Positions 59,993-64,000 of a DNA stretch of 64,000 nt are shown here, one piece after another. Below the pieces are notes generated by a model. The model did not search any database. It saw nothing but the letters and a program-made list of their open reading frames with translations, and was not told the DNA's origin. This DNA is from an uncultured Acidimicrobiales bacterium (lineage in GTDB: Bacteria > Actinomycetota > Acidimicrobiia > Acidimicrobiales > SZUA-35): positions 488,059 through 552,058 of the forward strand of contig CAVZHQ010000007.1 in assembly GCA_963775125.1 (NCBI GenBank). The letters run 5' to 3'. Numbering within the stretch: the first letter of the stretch is position 1; the number at the start of each line of letters is the position of its first letter. The position numbers and the translations under genes are program-made.

Positions 59993-61188
59993 TGCCCACC
60001 ACCGAGCCCCCCACCCCTCCATCTCCCGCCCCCGAGCCCCCCACCCCTCGAACCTCCGGCTCCGCACGTCGGTTTCCGACGCCTGGAGCCGGAGGTTCGA
60101 CGCAACCGACGCCTGGAGCCGGAGGTTCGCCGGTGGCGACCGCCGAGTTCGACTACGAACTGCCCGACGCCGCCATCGGGCAGGTACCGGCCGAGCCCCG
60201 TGACTCGGCTCGGCTGCTGGTCGATCGGGGACCGGGGACGGAGCCCGAACATCGGACCGTGGCCGACCTGGCCGACCTGCTCGAGCCGGGCGACGTCGTC
60301 GTCGTCAACGACACCCGGGTGCTGCCCGCTCGGCTCCATCTGCGAAAGTCGACGGGTGGAGCGGTCGAAGTATTGCTTCTCGAGCCCACCGGGCAGCCGC
60401 ACGAATGGCAGGCGCTCGTCCGGCCGGGCAAACGGCTCCGAGTCGGCACCCAGCTCTTTCTCCCGCACTCGGCGGCGTCCGACCGAATCGACGGCCCACC
60501 GGTGGCCTCGGTCGTGGGCGAGCTTCCCGACGGCCGGCGGCTGGTGCAGATCCTGGTCGACGATCTCCTCACCACCAGCGGCGAGGTGCCGTTGCCTCCG
60601 TACATCACCGAACCGCTCGCCGACCCCGAGCGTTACCAGACCGTGTTCGCCCGCGAGCCGGGCTCGGTCGCAGCACCGACCGCCGGCCTGCACCTGACCG
60701 ACGCGGTGTTCGCCGGCCTCGCCGAGCGGGGGATCGAGGTTGCTCGTATCGAACTCCGGGTCGGCCTTGGCACCTTCCGTCCTGTGGCCACCGACTATGT
60801 CGACGACCACGTGATGCATCGAGAGACCTACCGCATCGAACCCGATGCCTGGCAGCGCATCCGCCAGGCGAAGCGGGTGGTCGCGGTGGGTACGACGGTC
60901 GTGCGCACCCTGGAGTCTGCCGCCGTGCTCGGTCAGCTCGAAGGCGGCACCGAACTCTTCATCCGGCGAGGATTCAGGTGGCAGGTCGTCGATGTGCTGC
61001 TCACGAACTTCCACGTGCCCCGGTCGTCGCTGTTGGTGCTCGTCGACGCGTTCGTCGGTCCGCGGTGGAAGGGCCTCTACGCTCATGCCCTGGCCGAGGG
61101 ATTCCGTTTCCTGAGTTTCGGTGACGCCATGCTCCTGCAGCGGGACCCGGCCCTGTACCCGCCCCATGACCAAGTGAGCCTTGATTGA
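59992..61188 (+). CDS. queA: S-adenosylmethionine:tRNA ribosyltransferase-isomerase
   Basis: FDYELPDAAIGQVPAEPRDSARLLV, TAGLHLT and LLTNFHVPRSSLLVLV. ATG 59992 overlaps the ruvB stop. The conserved core begins only at ~60140, and GTG 60133 is an alternative start. Confidence 0.9.
   Translation: MPTTEPPTPPSPAPEPPTPRTSGSARRFPTPGAGGSTQPTPGAGGSPVATAEFDYELPDAAIGQVPAEPRDSARLLVDRGPGTEPEHRTVADLADLLEPGDVVVVNDTRVLPARLHLRKSTGGAVEVLLLEPTGQPHEWQALVRPGKRLRVGTQLFLPHSAASDRIDGPPVASVVGELPDGRRLVQILVDDLLTTSGEVPLPPYITEPLADPERYQTVFAREPGSVAAPTAGLHLTDAVFAGLAERGIEVARIELRVGLGTFRPVATDYVDDHVMHRETYRIEPDAWQRIRQAKRVVAVGTTVVRTLESAAVLGQLEGGTELFIRRGFRWQVVDVLLTNFHVPRSSLLVLVDAFVGPRWKGLYAHALAEGFRFLSFGDAMLLQRDPALYPPHDQVSLD
60002..60129. 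repeat. Two pairs of direct repeats with 30-bp spacing at the queA 5' end
   Basis: CCGAGCCCCCCACCCCTC occurs at 60002 and 60032. CCGACGCCTGGAGCCGGAGGTTCG occurs at 60076 and 60106. Confidence 0.8.
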
Positions 61189-62312
61189 CCTCCCCGTTGT
61201 CGCTGTCGATCGATGCCACCGACGGCCCCGCCCGCGCCGGGCGAATGATCACCGCGCGCGGCCAGATCGAGACCCCGGTCTTCATGCCGGTCGGAACCCG
61301 GGGCGCAGTGAAGATGCTCGATACCAACGACCTGGACCAGTTGGGTCCACCGATCGTCCTCGGCAACACCTATCACCTGATGGAACGGCCGGGAGCAGAC
61401 CTCATCGAACGACGAGGCGGCCTGCATGCCTTCCTCAACTGGTCCGGTCACCTACTGACCGACAGCGGCGGCTACCAGATCTTCAGCCTGGAGCCCAAGA
61501 TCACCGAGGAAGGCGCCCGCTTCCGGTCGGTCTACGACGGCGCCTCTGTCGACCTCAGCCCCGAGCGATCGGTCTTCGTCCAGGAGCAACTCGGGGCCGA
61601 CATCGCCATGGTCCTCGACGTTTGCGCACCGCTTCCCTCGTCACACGATGCGCTTCGTGATGCGCTCGAACGGACGATTCGATGGGCCGAGCGCTCCAAA
61701 GCGGCTCACCAGCGAGCCGATCAGGCACAGTTCGGCATCGTCCAGGGCGGGACCGAGGTGGACCTGCGGGCCGAGTCGGCCCTGCGGACGGTCGAGATCG
61801 GCTTCGACGGGTACGCGGTCGGCGGGCTTTCGGTGGGGGAGAGCCGAGACGAGATGATCCCGGCGCTCGCCGCCGCAACCACCCATCTTCCGGTTGACAA
61901 GCCCCGCTACTTCATGGGCCTCGGCGACCCGATCGGCCTGGTCGAGGCCGTCGCCCACGGCATCGACATGTTCGACTGCGTGCTCCCGACCCGCCTCGCC
62001 CGGCACGGCACCGCCCTCACCAGCGTCGGTCGGCTCAACCTCAAGAACCTCAAGTTCGCCGAGGACGACGGACCCATCGACCCCGACTTCCAGCATCCGT
62101 TGTCGGCTCGCTACTCCCGCGCCTACATCCGACATCTCCTCGTCACCGGCGAGCCGACCGCCGGACGGATCATCTCGTTGCACAATCTGGCCTGGCTTGC
62201 GGACCTCACGAGGCGGATGCGAGCGGCCATCGTCGCCGGCACGTTCCAGCAGCTCCGCGCCGAAATCTGGTCGGTCTGGGGCCAGACGAAAGCCACCGGT
62301 TCCCAGCCATGA
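61185..62312 (+). CDS. tgt: Queuine tRNA-ribosyltransferase
   Basis: TPVFMPVGTRGAVK, LTDSGGYQIFSL, FGIVQGG and GIDMFDCVLPTR. The TTG start overlaps the queA stop. The usual CxCxxC zinc motif is absent (see findings). Confidence 0.9.
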   Translation: MTSPLSLSIDATDGPARAGRMITARGQIETPVFMPVGTRGAVKMLDTNDLDQLGPPIVLGNTYHLMERPGADLIERRGGLHAFLNWSGHLLTDSGGYQIFSLEPKITEEGARFRSVYDGASVDLSPERSVFVQEQLGADIAMVLDVCAPLPSSHDALRDALERTIRWAERSKAAHQRADQAQFGIVQGGTEVDLRAESALRTVEIGFDGYAVGGLSVGESRDEMIPALAAATTHLPVDKPRYFMGLGDPIGLVEAVAHGIDMFDCVLPTRLARHGTALTSVGRLNLKNLKFAEDDGPIDPDFQHPLSARYSRAYIRHLLVTGEPTAGRIISLHNLAWLADLTRRMRAAIVAGTFQQLRAEIWSVWGQTKATGSQP

Positions 62313-62344
62313 ACCGCTAGCGTTCCCAGGCTGGAGGTTCCCCC

Positions 62345-62641
62345 ATGGAATACGCATTGCTCCCGGTCATGGTCGTTGTCATGTACCTGGTGATGATTCG
62401 TCCACAACAACAGAAGCAAAAGGCGACGGTTGCGATGCTGGCATCGCTCGAAGAAGGCGATGAAATCATCTTGAACTCAGGGATTCACGGCTTCCTCACT
62501 GCTACCGACGGCCAGATCGCGTGGGTCGAGGTCGCCCCAGGACTCGATCTGAAGGTGTCCCGTTCGGCCATCGCCGGCGTGGTCCCCAGCTCGGCCGCCT
62601 CTGACGCTGACGCGTCCGAATCGAAGAAGGACGGGAAGTAG
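62345..62641 (+). CDS. yajC: Preprotein translocase subunit YajC
   Basis: 98 aa with a single TM (LLPVMVVVMYLVMIRPQQQKQK), then GDEIILNSGIHGF. Confidence 0.9.
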   Translation: MEYALLPVMVVVMYLVMIRPQQQKQKATVAMLASLEEGDEIILNSGIHGFLTATDGQIAWVEVAPGLDLKVSRSAIAGVVPSSAASDADASESKKDGK

Positions 62642-62646
62642 GCCTG

Positions 62647-64000
62647 ATGAAACGGCCCCAATCGTTGAGCTCGTGGGTGCTCGTCCTTGCCGCTGTCGCC
62701 GGTCTGGTCTACACCGCGATCGTCGGCAACCAGCCGCTCCTCGGGCTCGATCTGCAGGGCGGCGTGTCGGTCACCCTCAAGGCGACCGAGGCCGCCGATG
62801 AGGAGACCTTGCAGCAGACGGTCGAGATCATCCGCAGTCGTGTCGACGGACTGGGCGTCGCCGAGCCGGAGATCTCGCTCCAGGGAGAGACCATCGTCGT
62901 CGACCTTCCCGGCATCGACGAACAGCAGCGGGCACTCGATCTCGTCGGGCAGACCGCCGAGCTTCGCTTCCGTCCACTGCTCGCGCCGCTCGGTCCGAGC
63001 TTCGACCCCACCGATGTCACCACCGACAGCACCGTCGAGGGCGATGTCGGCACTACTACCACCGTCGAGGGCGACACCACCACCACCGATACCACCGCAC
63101 GACACCACCATCGAGGGTGACACCACCGACACGAGCGCCGATACCGAGGAAGGTTTCGCCCCTGGTGTCCGCGCCCGACAGGCCACCTCGACCACCACGA
63201 CCGATTCGACCACGACCACCGACTCGACCACCACCACCGACTCGACGACGACCGATTCGACGGTGGCTCCGGTGGAGCCGCTCACCGAAGAGGACATGGC
63301 CGCGTTCACGGCGTGCAGCATTCCCGGAACCACGCCGCCCGAGGAGAACCTCCCGGAGAACTACGTGGTCCTGGCCGACGAAGACGGGGAGCGTTATTGC
63401 CTCGGCCCCTCCCAACTCACGGGTGAGGCGCTCGAGACCGCCGATGTCGCCATCAGCGGGGTCAGCGAGTTCACCGTCAACCCGGTCTTCCGCGAAGGCC
63501 CCGAAGGCATCGATGCCTTCAACGCCATCGCCGCCGAGTGCTTCGCGCAGCAGCCCACGTGCCCGAGCCAGCGATTGGCGATCGTGCTCGACGAACGTGT
63601 GGTGTCCTCCCCCTCGATCAACGTCGGTTCCTTCGAGCGTGACTCCATCACCATCAGCGGCGGATTCGACGAGGAATCGGCGCGGGATCTGGCCCTGGTG
63701 CTGCGCTATGGCGCCCTGCCCATCGAACTCGAACCTCAGGCCGTTCGAACGGTGTCGGCGACCATCGGCAGCGACGCACTCCGGGCCGGCATCATCTCCG
63801 GTCTGATCGGTCTGGCGTTGGTGTGCGCCTACCTGCTCGTCTACTACCGGTTGGCCGGGCTGGTCGCCATCGGCGGCATCGTCATCTCGTTCATGTTGCT
63901 GTGGACCATCATCGCCTGGTTGGGTGAGAACAACGGCCTCGCCATCACCCTGGCCGGCGTCGTCGGCCTCATCGTGTCCATCGGCGTGGCGGCCGACTCG
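62647..64000 (+). pseudogene. secD: Protein translocase subunit SecD (3' end outside window); +1 frame break near 63098 (or sequencing indel)
   Basis: Frame 1 gives LGLDLQGGVSVTL...VAEPEISLQGETIVVDLPG...TAELRF and then stops at 63120. Frame +1 continues TTIEGDTTD...LTGEALETADV...RLAIVLDERVVSSPSIN...RYGALPIELE...AGIISGLIGLALV to the window end. An extra c sits in GCA c GAC ACC ACC ATC. Confidence 0.85.

Noticed and set aside
31445-60129. Short tandem/direct repeats (31445-31489, 31729-31836, 47485-47532, 60002-60129) as possible CRISPR arrays
   Set aside because: There are only 2-4 copies, directly abutting or in-frame within genes, with no unique spacers of 25-40 bp and no cas genes. These are microsatellite-type repeats, not CRISPR.

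Overview
This is a 64-kb window from a very GC-rich Actinomycetota chromosome. Lineage markers are the mycothiol ligase mshC, the PI-mannoside genes pgsA-patA-pimA, and the actinobacterial gene order thrS-HIT ... pdxST-yebC-ruvCAB-queA-tgt-yajC-secD. I can support about 55 protein genes. I found no rRNA, tRNA or CRISPR array.

Layout:
- 0-7 kb: pepA, a polyprenyl-phosphate sugar transferase, an ABC-2 exporter and a GH5-like lipoprotein.
- 7-14 kb: an orphan Flp pilin, Sir2/CobB, a rhodanese-first MoeZ, and two secreted peptidoglycan enzymes sharing a DUF4214 tail.
- 14-25 kb: one tightly coupled minus-strand operon of paralogous GT4 glycosyltransferases with methylmalonyl-CoA mutase and MeaB embedded in it.
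- 25-41 kb: housekeeping genes (lpdA-like, accA, birA, two M23 peptidases, CNNM pair, fabI, mshC, thrS) plus a DUF222-HNH element.
- 42-48.6 kb: an apparent accessory insertion.
- 48.7-64 kb: PIM genes, pdxST, ruvCAB, queA, tgt, yajC and secD.

Most interesting:
1. The 42-48.6 kb insertion splits the conserved HIT|pgsA junction. It carries a STAND ATPase-repeat-class III cyclase with reversed domain order, co-transcribed with a 271-aa orphan protein and divergent from a CRP-type cNMP receptor. Next to it is a leaderless avidin/streptavidin-family gene behind a repeat-rich leader.
2. The glycosyltransferase/mutase operon.
3. Seven conserved genes (two GTs, lpdA-like, yebC, an ABC ATPase, ruvA, secD) each need a +1 frame correction. 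All seven shifts go in the same direction, which looks like systematic single-base insertions in the record rather than gene decay.

Limits: all calls come from reading translations and motifs by eye. No database search, structure prediction or statistics were run.
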